Shown here: positions 24,689-34,963 of the stretch, one piece after another
Numbering within the stretch: position 1 is the stretch's first letter
Layout: each line of letters opens with the position of its first letter
DNA from: Bdellovibrionales bacterium
GTDB taxonomy: Bacteria; Bdellovibrionota; Bdellovibrionia; Bdellovibrionales; UBA1609
Direction of reading: 5' to 3'
DNA length: 64,000 nt
NCBI GenBank assembly: GCA_965205945.1
Contig: CBDBIB010000001.1
Location: 352,001 to 416,000, forward strand
Position numbers and translations under genes: made by a program
Notes under the pieces: generated by a model
Seen by the model: the letters and a program-made list of their open reading frames with translations, nothing else
The model's database searches: none
Told to the model about the DNA's origin: nothing

Positions 24689-25183
24689 CTAATAATAAAG
24701 CTCTGTTGGTTCTAAAGAAGGCAAACACCCTGTAATCTCCGGATTGTACTGCTCTCCAGTACATTCTCCGGTATTAGGCTGTGTAAAGCCAAGAAAATCA
24801 GTTTGAGCAAAGGTTGGGTTTACACTTGAACAATAATCAAAGCTTCCGTTTTGAAAAACAGGAAGCTGACCAACTTTAGGGCACATATCCTTATAATGCC
24901 ATCCAAAATCTATATAAAAACCAACGCCAATACCAATACTTTTATGGATAATAGCATAGGGTTGATAACCACGATTTGGATCATATTCACCTAAATAAGG
25001 ACAGTCTATATTTCCAGGAAGGCCTACAGGAAAGTTTTGGTTATTACACTGAGTTGGATTCGTATAGATTTTAGCTGTTCCATCAGAAGAGCCAGGACCT
25101 GAGCACCCAGTTAAACTCAAAAAACTCAAAAACAGTACAGTTAGGCTTAAACTAAATTTTTCAAAACTTCTTATCTTATTCAT
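24689..25183 (-). CDS. Cys-rich lipoprotein, hypothetical
   Basis: Lipobox LTGC; RBS AGGAG; six further Cys. Confidence 0.75.
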   Translation of the reverse strand: MNKIRSFEKFSLSLTVLFLSFLSLTGCSGPGSSDGTAKIYTNPTQCNNQNFPVGLPGNIDCPYLGEYDPNRGYQPYAIIHKSIGIGVGFYIDFGWHYKDMCPKVGQLPVFQNGSFDYCSSVNPTFAQTDFLGFTQPNTGECTGEQYNPEITGCLPSLEPTELYY

Positions 25184-25482
25184 AATAATAGCTCCTTTTC
25201 TTTACTAATACAAAAACCAAGCCTACTACTTTGGGCTCAGACCATAAAAAAAGCCCTGCTTAAGAAAATTTTAGTAAATAATTCTATATTAATGACAAAT
25301 TTTGTCAGAAAAAAAGCCCTCTCCGTAAAAGATCAGGGTTTAGGCACACCATAAAAAGGGTACTTGTCATAAATTGAATGTAAACCCAGGACCAATGCCC
25401 TGACATGGTGAAAGTAGAATTATATTCTTAGGCAATATCAAGGATCTAAATATAAGCTTTCCTTATTATTAGGAGAGTTTTT

Positions 25483-25873
25483 ATAAATTAAAAAGATGCT
25501 GTTGAACACATGTTCGATCTTGAAAAATCTAATTTTATTATAAGAACTGGCTAAAGTCTTTAAAGACAGAATGGTCGTAGAAATTAAACCAGACCCTAAT
25601 AAAGATCAAATCTACTCCAAGTGCAAACCCTTGGTTCAGAAAATTCATGACTACAGAAAAATCAAACTTAAAGACATGCCTTATAGTCTTAAAGAATGTG
25701 AGTGAAGAATTAAATTTAGCCAAATAAAGTGCAACTGCTCTAATAGACCACAAAGTGAGTTCTTAGACTTTAAAGCTGAAAAACACAACATTGCAAAAAG
25801 ACTTTAAAACAATATTGAGTTTATGCTCTCTTCTAAAATGGTAACAGTTTCAAATACAGCTACCCAATTTTAG
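25483..25873 (+). pseudogene. Possible decayed gene of unknown family
   Basis: RBS-like AGGAGAG then ATA; frame 25544-25873 (ELAKVFKDRMVVEIKPD...) is interrupted by TGA at 25703 and TAA at 25805. Confidence 0.3.
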
Positions 25874-25993
25874 ATAAGAACCGATCTTTTAAGAAGAGGG
25901 CGTTTTTACAGCTGTAAACTGTCACTTAGTTTTTAGATATAACAATTTTTAAATACTCAAAAAGCTTTAAAATGAAAAATTGCCATATTAAGC

Positions 25994-26010
25994 CTGGCAT
26001 AAGCCTTGCT
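25994..26010 (+). promoter_or_regulatory. sigma54 (-24/-12) promoter upstream of the subtilase
   Basis: CTGGCATAAGCCTTGCT: GG-N10-GC spacing with TTGC. Confidence 0.7.
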
Positions 26011-26112
26011 CTAATGCTTTATAACGATATAAATATTTAAAAAAACTAATATAATGCTAAGAGTTTATTAAGGAAACACTAACGTAACCCAATAACAAGG
26101 AGGAGAAACACA

Positions 26113-27765
26113 GTGATTTTAATCAAGAAGATTGTAATAGCTTCACTTATTTTAACAATAGTAAGCCCTTTAGCTTTTGCTAAAGAGTATGTTGTAGGTT
26201 TTAAACCCGGTGCGTTTAAACAGGCCACAGCAGAAATGAGTTTCATGGGAGTGAGTACTGTTCCTGTAAGAGTTTTTAAAAATTTAGAACTTATGATTGT
26301 AGATGTAAATTCAAAGAGTGATTTACTTAAGCTTAAAGCTGATTTAAATATTGAATTTGTTGAAAGTGTTAACAGGTTTAGGGCTCCACAAAGAAATTAT
26401 TTTTTACCTGAGGTTGTTAAAGATTCTTTTGATAAAAAATTAGTAGATTACCCTTGGGGGATTTTAGAATTAGATGCTCCCGCTGCATGGCCACATTCTA
26501 GAGGTGGTCAAGGTGTTAAAGTTCTTGTTCTAGATTCGGGCATTGATAAGGATCATCCAAATATAGCTTCAAGGTTTGTTGAGGGTAGAAGTTTTGTTTC
26601 AAAAAATTTCATAAACAAAATAAATTCCATAAACAAAATAAATTTCAGAAACAAAATAAATTTGAAGCTTCCATACCCATATTTTGATGATTCTGGTCAT
26701 GGAACTCATGTTGCTGGAACTATTTTAGCTGATGGCTTTGGAACAGGCGTTGTAGGTGTTGCACCTCAAGCCTCACTATACTCGGGAAAGGTTTGTATTT
26801 TTAAGTATTGTGAAGAAACTGCTATAATAGCAGGAATTGATTGGGCCATTGGCGAAGGTATGGACGTCGTAAATATTTCTTTATCTAGTTCATTTGGTAA
26901 TGCTATAGAGGCAAAGGTGTATAAAAAAGCTGAAGAAGCAAATGTTGTTGTTGTTGCAGCATCTGGAAATAATGGAAGGTATAAAATTTCATATCCAGCA
27001 AGGTACCCACATGTACTCTCAGTAGGAGCTATTGATGAAGAAAGAGATGTTGCTGATTCTTCTAACTGGCACGTTGATTTAGATGTAGTTGCTCCAGGTA
27101 CAAATGTTTTATCCTCACTGCCACTAGGAACAGGGAGGGAATCGACTATAGGTTTTACTATTGATAGTTATTTGGTACTTACAGACTCTTCTTCAATAAA
27201 AGGATCTAACGTTGGTGTTGTACAAGGGTTGCCTGTTGAGTATGTTGGATTTGGAAAATCTGAGGATTTTAAAGATGTTGATTTAACCGGAAAGGTTGCC
27301 TTGATTTCTAAAGGTGAGATTTCGTTTGCAGATAAGGCACAAGCCGCGTTGGAGGCAAATGCATCAGCTATGGTTATATTTAATAATGTTGATGGTGAAT
27401 TAGAAGGAACCATAGAAAATGATTTGGATATAATTGCTGTTGGGATTAAAAAATCTATAGGCGAAAGGATTGTTGAAATTTTAAAGGGCAACGAGGATAA
27501 TTCTAAAGAAACAGTTGTGACTTTAAGTGCTAAAGTCAGTGCTTCAGATTATGGTTATTTGTCTGGAACATCTATGGCAGCTTCTCATGTTTCAGGCGTG
27601 GCTGCTTTGATAAGATCTACAAACCCAAAGCTTACAGCAGTGCAGGTAAAGAAGATTATTAAGTCTTCAGTTATTAAGGTGCAAATAGACGGTGATTTAG
27701 ACAATAAGTATGGTAAAGGTATTGTAAACGCTTTTAAGGCTGTTAAAGAGGGACTTCAAGACTGA
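26113..27765 (+). CDS. Secreted S8 subtilisin-like serine protease with propeptide and PA-domain insertion
   Basis: Signal peptide; catalytic VLDSG, GHGTHVAG and GTSMA; PA domain GKVALISKG..SFADK; RBS AGGAG. Confidence 0.93.
   Translation: MILIKKIVIASLILTIVSPLAFAKEYVVGFKPGAFKQATAEMSFMGVSTVPVRVFKNLELMIVDVNSKSDLLKLKADLNIEFVESVNRFRAPQRNYFLPEVVKDSFDKKLVDYPWGILELDAPAAWPHSRGGQGVKVLVLDSGIDKDHPNIASRFVEGRSFVSKNFINKINSINKINFRNKINLKLPYPYFDDSGHGTHVAGTILADGFGTGVVGVAPQASLYSGKVCIFKYCEETAIIAGIDWAIGEGMDVVNISLSSSFGNAIEAKVYKKAEEANVVVVAASGNNGRYKISYPARYPHVLSVGAIDEERDVADSSNWHVDLDVVAPGTNVLSSLPLGTGRESTIGFTIDSYLVLTDSSSIKGSNVGVVQGLPVEYVGFGKSEDFKDVDLTGKVALISKGEISFADKAQAALEANASAMVIFNNVDGELEGTIENDLDIIAVGIKKSIGERIVEILKGNEDNSKETVVTLSAKVSASDYGYLSGTSMAASHVSGVAALIRSTNPKLTAVQVKKIIKSSVIKVQIDGDLDNKYGKGIVNAFKAVKEGLQD
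26604..26663 (+). repeat. In-frame 18-bp tandem repeat (about 3.3 copies) within the subtilase
   Basis: AAATTTCATAAACAAAAT / AAATTCCATAAACAAAAT / AAATTTCAGAAACAAAAT / AAATTT, encoding NFINKINSINKINFRNKINL. Confidence 0.85.
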
Positions 27766-27796
27766 TACTTAATTTTTAAAGCCTAAATAAGAAGCT

Positions 27797-28132
27797 CTTA
27801 CTGTTGATGAGAGTTTTTTAGAATTCCCCGTATAATTCTGTTGGTGATTACTTTAGGGATTTAACAGTAAGCGCTTTTGGAACAAAGCGAGAAGCTTTAG
27901 GAGAAGTAACTGCAGGGTCATCTAATATTAATATAAGAGGCATTGGATCAACTAATACGCTTTTGTTTTTTTAAATAATGTCAGACTCTAACCAAATGGT
28001 TTAAATGGAGCGGTAGATTTAAATTTGATACCACAAATCGCCATTGAATCTTCTTCTATTTTAAAAAGTAAAGCCTCTGCTATTTATGGATCAGATGCTT
28101 TAGGCGGAGTTATTAGGTGGAAAACAATTTAA
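27797..28132 (+). pseudogene. TonB-dependent receptor plug-domain remnant
   Basis: YNSVGDYFRD...AGSSNINIRGIGSTNTLL (frameshift in T-run near 27970) LNNVRL*PNGLNGAVDLNLIPQIAIE...ASAIYGSDALGGVI; no start codon and no barrel. Confidence 0.85.
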
Positions 28133-28178
28133 AGACGGGTATAAGGCGGATCCTTCACAGTATTTTTGAGTCTGTAAA

Positions 28179-28661
28179 TTAAATTGTGTAACTGCGATTT
28201 AATTTACAGACTCTTCTCATTTGTTTTCTATCATCTTTTTCACGAGAAGCCTGTCTTTTATCCCCTTTATTCTTACCTTTACCTAGACCAACAAGAAGTT
28301 TAATTTTTCCTGATTTAACATACATTTTTATAGGAACTAAGCTGATTCCTTTTTCCTTAACCTGACTAAATATTCGGTTAATTTCTTTACGATGCAAAAG
28401 AATCTTTCGAAGTCTTAAAGGCTTATGGTTTGCATATCCACCATTTGTGTACTCAGGTATATGTGCGTTTTGTAAATACAACTCCATTTCCTTAAAAACA
28501 AAAAAAGCTTCTAAAAGCTCACCTTTTTTCTGCCTTAAGGTTTTAACTTCACTCCCTTTAAGACTAATGCCGGCCTCAATAGTTTCTATAATTTCATAAT
28601 TATACCTAGCTTTTTTATTTTGAATTAGGAAAGATGAGGTTCTTTTTTTTTCCTTAGACAT
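28179..28661 (-). CDS. smpB: SsrA-binding protein
   Basis: NKKARYNY, EAGISLKGSEVK, RKILLH, GKGK..DKR. Confidence 0.95.
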   Translation of the reverse strand: MSKEKKRTSSFLIQNKKARYNYEIIETIEAGISLKGSEVKTLRQKKGELLEAFFVFKEMELYLQNAHIPEYTNGGYANHKPLRLRKILLHRKEINRIFSQVKEKGISLVPIKMYVKSGKIKLLVGLGKGKNKGDKRQASREKDDRKQMRRVCKLNRSYTI

Positions 28662-29448
28662 TATTTACCTCAATAAATTGATATAATATAAAGTGTTCAT
28701 CAGCATTGATCTGATCAGGACGTTTTTCTAAATAATGTTTTAACTCCTTAGGCCACTTTACCTTATATTTTTTAAAAACACCTTTCATTTTTTTCCTTCT
28801 TGCTCCAAAAAGTGATTTTAAATGATTCACAAAATCCTTTTTATTCTTAAGCCCTTTTAAAGGCTTCTTAGAAAATGACAATACTATACTTTCAATTTCT
28901 GGAGAAGGGTAAAAACATTTGTTTGAAACTTTAGTGACAGCTTTAACCGTCCACCCAAGTTGACAAATAATTGAAAGAAATCCGTATTTTTTTTTATCAC
29001 CCGGTTGAGCACTAATTCTATCTCCCACCTCTTTTTGAAACATTAAAATCATTTCTTTAAATGGAGATCCTATACAAAAAAGCTCAACCAATAAACGTGA
29101 CGAGATTTGATACGGCAAGTTAGAGATCAGAATTTCATTTATACCAACACCCCTCCAATTAAACTTTAAAGCATCTATAGAATAAACATTGTAGCCTTTA
29201 CTTATCCAATACTTTGAAAGAGTTTTATCAAGTTCCACTAAAAAAACTTTTTCTTTAAAATCTTTAAACTTATTTGTCAAACTTCCTAAGCCTGGTCCTA
29301 TTTCAATAATTTTATTAAAATTATTGAAATCCTTATAACTACAAATTTTTTGTATAGTAGCTTCATCCACTAAAAAATTCTGTCCTAAAGATTTTAACGG
29401 TTTTATATCAAGTTCTTCTAAGAGCTCCTTTACTTGACTAATCTTCAT
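28654..29448 (-). CDS. rsmA: 16S rRNA m6,2A dimethyltransferase
   Basis: LGQNFL, IEIGPGLG, SNLPYQI, MFQKEV. Confidence 0.93.
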   Translation of the reverse strand: MKISQVKELLEELDIKPLKSLGQNFLVDEATIQKICSYKDFNNFNKIIEIGPGLGSLTNKFKDFKEKVFLVELDKTLSKYWISKGYNVYSIDALKFNWRGVGINEILISNLPYQISSRLLVELFCIGSPFKEMILMFQKEVGDRISAQPGDKKKYGFLSIICQLGWTVKAVTKVSNKCFYPSPEIESIVLSFSKKPLKGLKNKKDFVNHLKSLFGARRKKMKGVFKKYKVKWPKELKHYLEKRPDQINADEHFILYQFIEVNNV

Positions 29449-30497
29449 AAAAAATCTTCTGGCTGTGACCGAGCAAATACTTGAAGATTTTCTTCAATTT
29501 TAAAATTATACTCTAACCTTTTGGCTCCTGATAATGCAATCATTGCACCATTATCAGTACAATACTTAAGCTTTGGAATCTTTAATGAAATCTTAAGCTT
29601 ATCTGCAAGCTGAGTAGCTCTACCTCTAAGTACTGAGTTTGCACTCACTCCACCAACAATTGTAAAAACCTTAGGCTTATATTCGAGCAAAGATCTTTCA
29701 AGTTTATAAATTAATACATCCACTGCGCTTTTTAAATATGAAGCTGCTAAATTGTTAATGACCTCTTGTGAAAAAACTTCTTCTTTAAAATTCATTTTTT
29801 TAACTAATCTAACACCTGCAGCCTTTAAACCGGAAAAACTAAAATCATAGTTTAGTTCTTTTATCATGGGAGAAGGGAATACATAAAAATTATCTTTTCC
29901 TTTTTGTGCTGCCTTATCAATCTTAGGTCCACCAGGAAAACCTAAACCTATAACATTTGCAAACTTATCAATTGCTTCGCCAACAGCATCATCCTTAGTT
30001 TTTCCTAAAATTTTATAAGATCCAAATTTTTCACTATAAATAAGCTGTGTATGCCCTCCGCTCACAATTAAAGATACTTGTGGATAAGGCTCTAATTTTA
30101 CCTGTTCTCCCTTATCCACCAACCATGGTGATTGTATATGTCCTTCTAAATGATTTATTCCAATAACTGGAATTTTAAATATTAACCCTAATGTTTGAGC
30201 TGTTACAACCCCCACGATTAAAGAGCCTTGTAGTCCTGGGCGATTGGTTACGGCAATGCCTTTTAAATCTTTACCTCTTAAATTATTTTTTTTTAAAATT
30301 TTATCTATAAGGGGGACTAAAACCTTTAAATGATTCCTAGAGGCTCTTTCTGGAATAATACCTCCAAAAGGTATGTGGTCATCGTCATTAGTCCATTTAT
30401 CAAGGTCAATAACCTGCCCATTAACTTGAACTAATGCAACGCAGGTATCATCACAGCTGGTTTCAATTCCTAGAACAAATTTATTGCTATTTTTCAA
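29445..30497 (-). CDS. tsaD: tRNA t6A biosynthesis protein TsaD
   Basis: LGIETSCDDT, HLEGH, VSGGHT, DDAVGEA, GGVSAN, CTDNGAMI. Confidence 0.95.
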   Translation of the reverse strand: MKNSNKFVLGIETSCDDTCVALVQVNGQVIDLDKWTNDDDHIPFGGIIPERASRNHLKVLVPLIDKILKKNNLRGKDLKGIAVTNRPGLQGSLIVGVVTAQTLGLIFKIPVIGINHLEGHIQSPWLVDKGEQVKLEPYPQVSLIVSGGHTQLIYSEKFGSYKILGKTKDDAVGEAIDKFANVIGLGFPGGPKIDKAAQKGKDNFYVFPSPMIKELNYDFSFSGLKAAGVRLVKKMNFKEEVFSQEVINNLAASYLKSAVDVLIYKLERSLLEYKPKVFTIVGGVSANSVLRGRATQLADKLKISLKIPKLKYCTDNGAMIALSGAKRLEYNFKIEENLQVFARSQPEDFL

Positions 30498-30499
30498 GC

Positions 30500-31150
30500 C
30501 TATTTTAAATTAGCCAGTCTGTATTCTGCATATTTTGCAGCTTTAAATTTTTTATAATTTGAAACGACCGATTTATAAAAAGTCTTAGCTTCTTTTTCCA
30601 TACCAAGCTCTTGAAAACAAACTCCTATCTTATACGTTATAAGCGCATAATCTTCACTTTTTTTAGATGAAACTTTGTCACGATATAACTGGAATTCTGA
30701 TGCTGCTTCAAACCATTTTTTATCATCAAAGTACTTATCCCCCTCATTTAAATGATCTTTTGCAGTTTTTCTTGCAGCTATAATCGCTGTTTTTACTTTT
30801 TTATTTTCCTCTTTAAGGAGTAAGATTTCAGTATCTAATTTTTTCTTTTCCACAACCAGCTCAGACACTGAGTCTTTATAGGCTTGAAGTTGTTGATTTT
30901 CTTCACCAAGTCTTTTTTGGTTGCTCTCTTGAAAACGCCTATTAATAATTTCAAGCTCTTCAATCTTTCCGCTACTTATTCTAAATTGTTCTTCATACTC
31001 TAGGCTCTTAGCTCCTAAATCTGCAATCTGTTGTCTAAGTTGTAAAACCACCTTTGATTCTTTTTTTACTTTATTTTTTTCATTTCGAATTTTTAAATTC
31101 ATACAGCCAAAGAAAGTAGGTATGATTAAAATTATTAACAAAACTCTCAA
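30500..31150 (-). CDS. CpoB/YbgF-like coiled-coil plus TPR lipoprotein
   Basis: Lipoprotein signal, coiled coil, TPR (YKIGVCFQELG...AKTFY); downstream of pal. Confidence 0.75.
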   Translation of the reverse strand: MRVLLIILIIPTFFGCMNLKIRNEKNKVKKESKVVLQLRQQIADLGAKSLEYEEQFRISSGKIEELEIINRRFQESNQKRLGEENQQLQAYKDSVSELVVEKKKLDTEILLLKEENKKVKTAIIAARKTAKDHLNEGDKYFDDKKWFEAASEFQLYRDKVSSKKSEDYALITYKIGVCFQELGMEKEAKTFYKSVVSNYKKFKAAKYAEYRLANLK

Positions 31151-31494
31151 AACTCTCCTCCTTTTTTAATCTGAAAAACACGAGCTCTTATTTCAGATTT
31201 TTCAAAGTAAAGCCTTGCTGTGTAATATGCTTGCTTAGCCTTTGAGTACACCCTTTTTTTATAGTATTCATGTGCTTTTTTTAAATAAGCGCTCCCTTTA
31301 TGATAGTCCGCCCTTGAATATTTTGCTGCATAGTTTTTTTTTGCATATTTTTCTGCCTCAACAGCTTTTGCCTGCTCAATTAACGGCGGTCTCCCTGCAC
31401 AAGCTGTTAAAAAAACACTTATTAAAAATAAATATAAGAAAAGGGCCTTTTTTAGCCCCCCCCTAAATTCAATTATAAATTGACCTGTACTCAT
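31147..31494 (-). CDS. Small helical lipoprotein (DUF4398-like)
   Basis: Lipobox LTAC; Ala/Tyr/Lys-rich helices; lies between pal and cpoB. Confidence 0.6.
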   Translation of the reverse strand: MSTGQFIIEFRGGLKKALFLYLFLISVFLTACAGRPPLIEQAKAVEAEKYAKKNYAAKYSRADYHKGSAYLKKAHEYYKKRVYSKAKQAYYTARLYFEKSEIRARVFQIKKGGEF

Positions 31495-31497
31495 CTC

Positions 31498-32073
31498 TTA
31501 CTGGTTAATAGGTAAAAAGTTTACCCTTCTATTTTTAAAGTGATCTGATTCAAAATCACCCACAGACAACAGTTTTTCCTTGCCATAGCTAATAACAATC
31601 AGTCTGCTAGCATCAATTCCTAAAGATGTTAAATATTCTTTTACCGCTCTTGCTCTTCTATCACCTAGTGCAAGATTATACTCCGTAGAACCTCTTTCAT
31701 CGCAGTGACCTTCAAGTTGAATAATCTTACTCGTGTTAGCTTTAATCCAATCCACATTACTGGCAAGCAATGCTCTTGATTCATCGCTTAAGCTTGCTCT
31801 ATCATAAGCAAAATTCACTGTATATAAACCCTCAAACTTGCCTGTATCACTGCCTGAAACAGTTAAGCTTAAACCTGGATCTACAACGCCTGTTGTATCC
31901 ATAACACTACCGTTCTTTGATATACCACCTAATAACTGTCCACCTTCTTTTAAACCTGTATCAGGTTGAAGAATGGCTATTCCTTTATCCTCAATGTTTT
32001 TCTTTTTGCTAGCACAATTTGTTAAGCCTAAAAACAAAACTACATAAAATGCTAAATAGATTTTTTTTCGCAT
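31498..32073 (-). CDS. pal: Peptidoglycan-associated lipoprotein
   Basis: Lipobox; NFAYD, LEGHCDERGSTEYNLALGDRRA, SYGKE, NRR. Confidence 0.92.
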   Translation of the reverse strand: MRKKIYLAFYVVLFLGLTNCASKKKNIEDKGIAILQPDTGLKEGGQLLGGISKNGSVMDTTGVVDPGLSLTVSGSDTGKFEGLYTVNFAYDRASLSDESRALLASNVDWIKANTSKIIQLEGHCDERGSTEYNLALGDRRARAVKEYLTSLGIDASRLIVISYGKEKLLSVGDFESDHFKNRRVNFLPINQ

Positions 32074-32155
32074 ATACTTTTTCTCCCGTTATATATTATA
32101 ATGATTTAATTTTAAATTTTTCACAGCTTAAGTCAAATGATAGGAGTTTAACACT

Positions 32156-34885
32156 ATGAAACTGCACCATTCATTTTTTTTAAAAGCTTTATCGCTTACT
32201 ATTTTAGCAGGCTTTCCCATGAAAGCAAACGCACTTCTACCTTATAAATATAACTGGACTAAAATTAAGTCTGATCACTTCACCATAATCGTAAATAAAA
32301 ACTATTCCACTTATGGCAAACTTATTGCTCAAAAAGCTGAGCAAGCCTTTACTGCCTTAAAAAAATTTTCCAATAAACACCCCCAAAATACCTTTATCAT
32401 AATTGATCATACAAAAGGCTTTTCAAATGGAAGCGCAACCTTTTTCCCCTACCCTGTCATTACCCTACAACCCGTAATTCCAGATTCAAGCTTAGCTATC
32501 GGGCAGTATAAAGACTGGATCTACGAACTCTTAGTTCATGAATATACACATATTTTAACCTTTCACAATACAAAAGGCCTATTTACACCTCTTCGTTGGA
32601 TCTTTGGAAGCACTATCTCCCCTGGGTACTTTATGCCCACATGGTACCAAGAAGGCCTTGCCATTTTTACTGAAACACACCTTTCAAACGGCGGCAGGCT
32701 TCGAACTGCCTCTTACAAAGCTTTAAAAGATGAACTTAAAAGTTTAAGTATTTCCATTGCAAATGAGAGCTCTTCTGGTGTATACCCCTTTGGCTTAACT
32801 CCTTATGTTTATGGAGGCTGGCTTAATCAGGAGTCATTTTCAAATATTAAAGATGCTGCTAAAGCTCACAAAAAATTTTCAGGCCGTTTCCCATACCTTA
32901 TTAATGGAGGCTATAAGAAAAGTAGCGGAAAAAATCTTTACTCTTCCTGGAAACTTCTTTTTGGAGCCAACAAAAAAGTAACCTCTTTAAAACACACTTT
33001 TATTGGAAGGCTTCCAAAATGGGATAAAACAACAAACAGTCTTTATTTTATCAAAAAAGATGCTTATCTTTTTGATGAACTCACTGTTCAAAATAAAAAG
33101 AACAAACCTAAAACCTTATTTACAGCTCACAATATCCTAGATTTTAAAGTTCATAAGGAAAATATTTACTACTTAAGCCTTAATCTTCAAAATCAAGATC
33201 ATCAAATTTACTCCCTTTTTTCATTTAACCTTAAAACCAAAAAAATCACTCGCTTAAGCAAAAAACAAAATATTCAAAGCTTTGATATCTTTGAAAATGG
33301 AAGCATTGCCTTTATTGATGCTAAAATAAACACACAATCCCTTTATTTTGGAGTTTTAACAAAACTTAATAAAGCCACACAAATCTTTATAGTCTCTGCA
33401 GAAAAACGTCTTTCTTTCCCAAGAATTAAAAATAACTCAACAATTTTATTTGCATTAAAGAAAAACCATTCTAAAGAAACCGTAATCTCCATAAATATCA
33501 ATACATTAAATCAAACCCCTCTTTTCTCAGTAGATCACCTTATTGGGCTTGAAAGAAATAAAGATACTTTTTATGCCCTACATGAGTCTAAGGGAATAAA
33601 ATACCTACAAAACATTAACCTTAATAAAAGTACACAAGTCCACTCCGGCATAACATCCTTAAACTTTAAAGATGACAATCATATTTTTTCATCTCGAATT
33701 TTATCCAAAGGGCCTCATATTTTATCTAGCGATTTAAACAGTCTAAAAAGCAATGAAAAACCCATAAAAATTCTAAATCAATCCAAACCCTCTACTTTGA
33801 TTAAAAAATCAGATCTAAAACATTCTTTATACTCATCTTTTTCTAAACTTAATCCCCACTACATTATCCCCAATGTTTTAGTCAGTCCCTATGGGTTTTC
33901 TGAAGAGTTCTTATACAGCATAAATATTGGCAGCCAGGACCCTCTTAAGTTTAACTCATACTCTTTAAACATTTCCACTGATACTATTACCAAAAAAGCT
34001 TCCACAAATATAAATTACACTTCTCACCACTTCAGGTTACCCATTTCATTTTCAGCAGGCTTATTTAACAAACCCCTTTCCTTAAATTTATTTAAAAAGT
34101 CAACTTTTGCTACCCTTGGAACTGCTTATACCTTAAAAAGTGGTTTTGGAAAAAAACTAGATTTATTTCTAAGTACTTTGTGGAACCTTACAAATTTTAA
34201 AGCAAATGAAAAAATCAACCGCCTTGGCTTATCTTTAAACCTTTTTTACAATAATTCTGTTCTACGCTCTAGAGAACTTTCCCCCCGAAAAGGCTACAAC
34301 TTAAATCTTGAGCTCAAACACTATCTTCCAGGAACTACATACTTTAATTACACTCAAGCAAGCCTTAACTTAAAGCTTTTTACTGCTTCCCCTTTTATCA
34401 AAACCCATCGTTTAATCTTTGGATTTAATTTTAAGATAAATAATAAAACTCTTCCATTTATTTTCTCATCAAATTCTTTAAACCAACCCTATAGATACAC
34501 TTCACCTGGATCCTTTGCACTTAGAGGACTTCCTACAGGAGCGCTCTTTGCAACTGACTCCTTTGCCATTACACATTTTGAATACCGTTTACCCATTTTA
34601 AGTATCAATTGGGGACCTGGACTTTTGCCTTGTTTTTTAAATCGTATCACTGGTGCACTTACCGCCGACTATGGCTCAGCAAAAGGTGCTAGCTTTATAA
34701 ACAAGCGCCTTATCAACCACTCAATCCCGCTATATTCTGCTGGAGGCGAGCTCATTTTTGAAGGAAAACTCTTTTATCACCTTCCTATAAGCTTACAAAT
34801 TGGAGCATATAAATTTTTAAACTCTGATATTTACTCAGGTCCACCTGAACTTTTTATAGGCTTTAACTTAAACCAATCTAGCTGA
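32156..34885 (+). CDS. Omp85-like outer-membrane protein with N-terminal HEXXH peptidase-like domain and probable beta-propeller
   Basis: Signal peptide; HEYTH...PTWYQEGLA; central beta-rich repeats; C-terminal barrel with LRGLP and FEYRLP motifs. Confidence 0.7.
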   Translation: MKLHHSFFLKALSLTILAGFPMKANALLPYKYNWTKIKSDHFTIIVNKNYSTYGKLIAQKAEQAFTALKKFSNKHPQNTFIIIDHTKGFSNGSATFFPYPVITLQPVIPDSSLAIGQYKDWIYELLVHEYTHILTFHNTKGLFTPLRWIFGSTISPGYFMPTWYQEGLAIFTETHLSNGGRLRTASYKALKDELKSLSISIANESSSGVYPFGLTPYVYGGWLNQESFSNIKDAAKAHKKFSGRFPYLINGGYKKSSGKNLYSSWKLLFGANKKVTSLKHTFIGRLPKWDKTTNSLYFIKKDAYLFDELTVQNKKNKPKTLFTAHNILDFKVHKENIYYLSLNLQNQDHQIYSLFSFNLKTKKITRLSKKQNIQSFDIFENGSIAFIDAKINTQSLYFGVLTKLNKATQIFIVSAEKRLSFPRIKNNSTILFALKKNHSKETVISININTLNQTPLFSVDHLIGLERNKDTFYALHESKGIKYLQNINLNKSTQVHSGITSLNFKDDNHIFSSRILSKGPHILSSDLNSLKSNEKPIKILNQSKPSTLIKKSDLKHSLYSSFSKLNPHYIIPNVLVSPYGFSEEFLYSINIGSQDPLKFNSYSLNISTDTITKKASTNINYTSHHFRLPISFSAGLFNKPLSLNLFKKSTFATLGTAYTLKSGFGKKLDLFLSTLWNLTNFKANEKINRLGLSLNLFYNNSVLRSRELSPRKGYNLNLELKHYLPGTTYFNYTQASLNLKLFTASPFIKTHRLIFGFNFKINNKTLPFIFSSNSLNQPYRYTSPGSFALRGLPTGALFATDSFAITHFEYRLPILSINWGPGLLPCFLNRITGALTADYGSAKGASFINKRLINHSIPLYSAGGELIFEGKLFYHLPISLQIGAYKFLNSDIYSGPPELFIGFNLNQSS

Positions 34886-34963
34886 TTAAACCTTTACCCT
34901 TCTTGACTTTGGGGTAACATAATTAAATGATTTAAGAGATGGTTTGCTACACTGGGGGATTTA

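Noticed and set aside
31456..31463. C8 tract (also C7 near 35328 and 61371) as phase-variation sites
   Set aside because: All lie in frame in intact genes, with no evidence of variability
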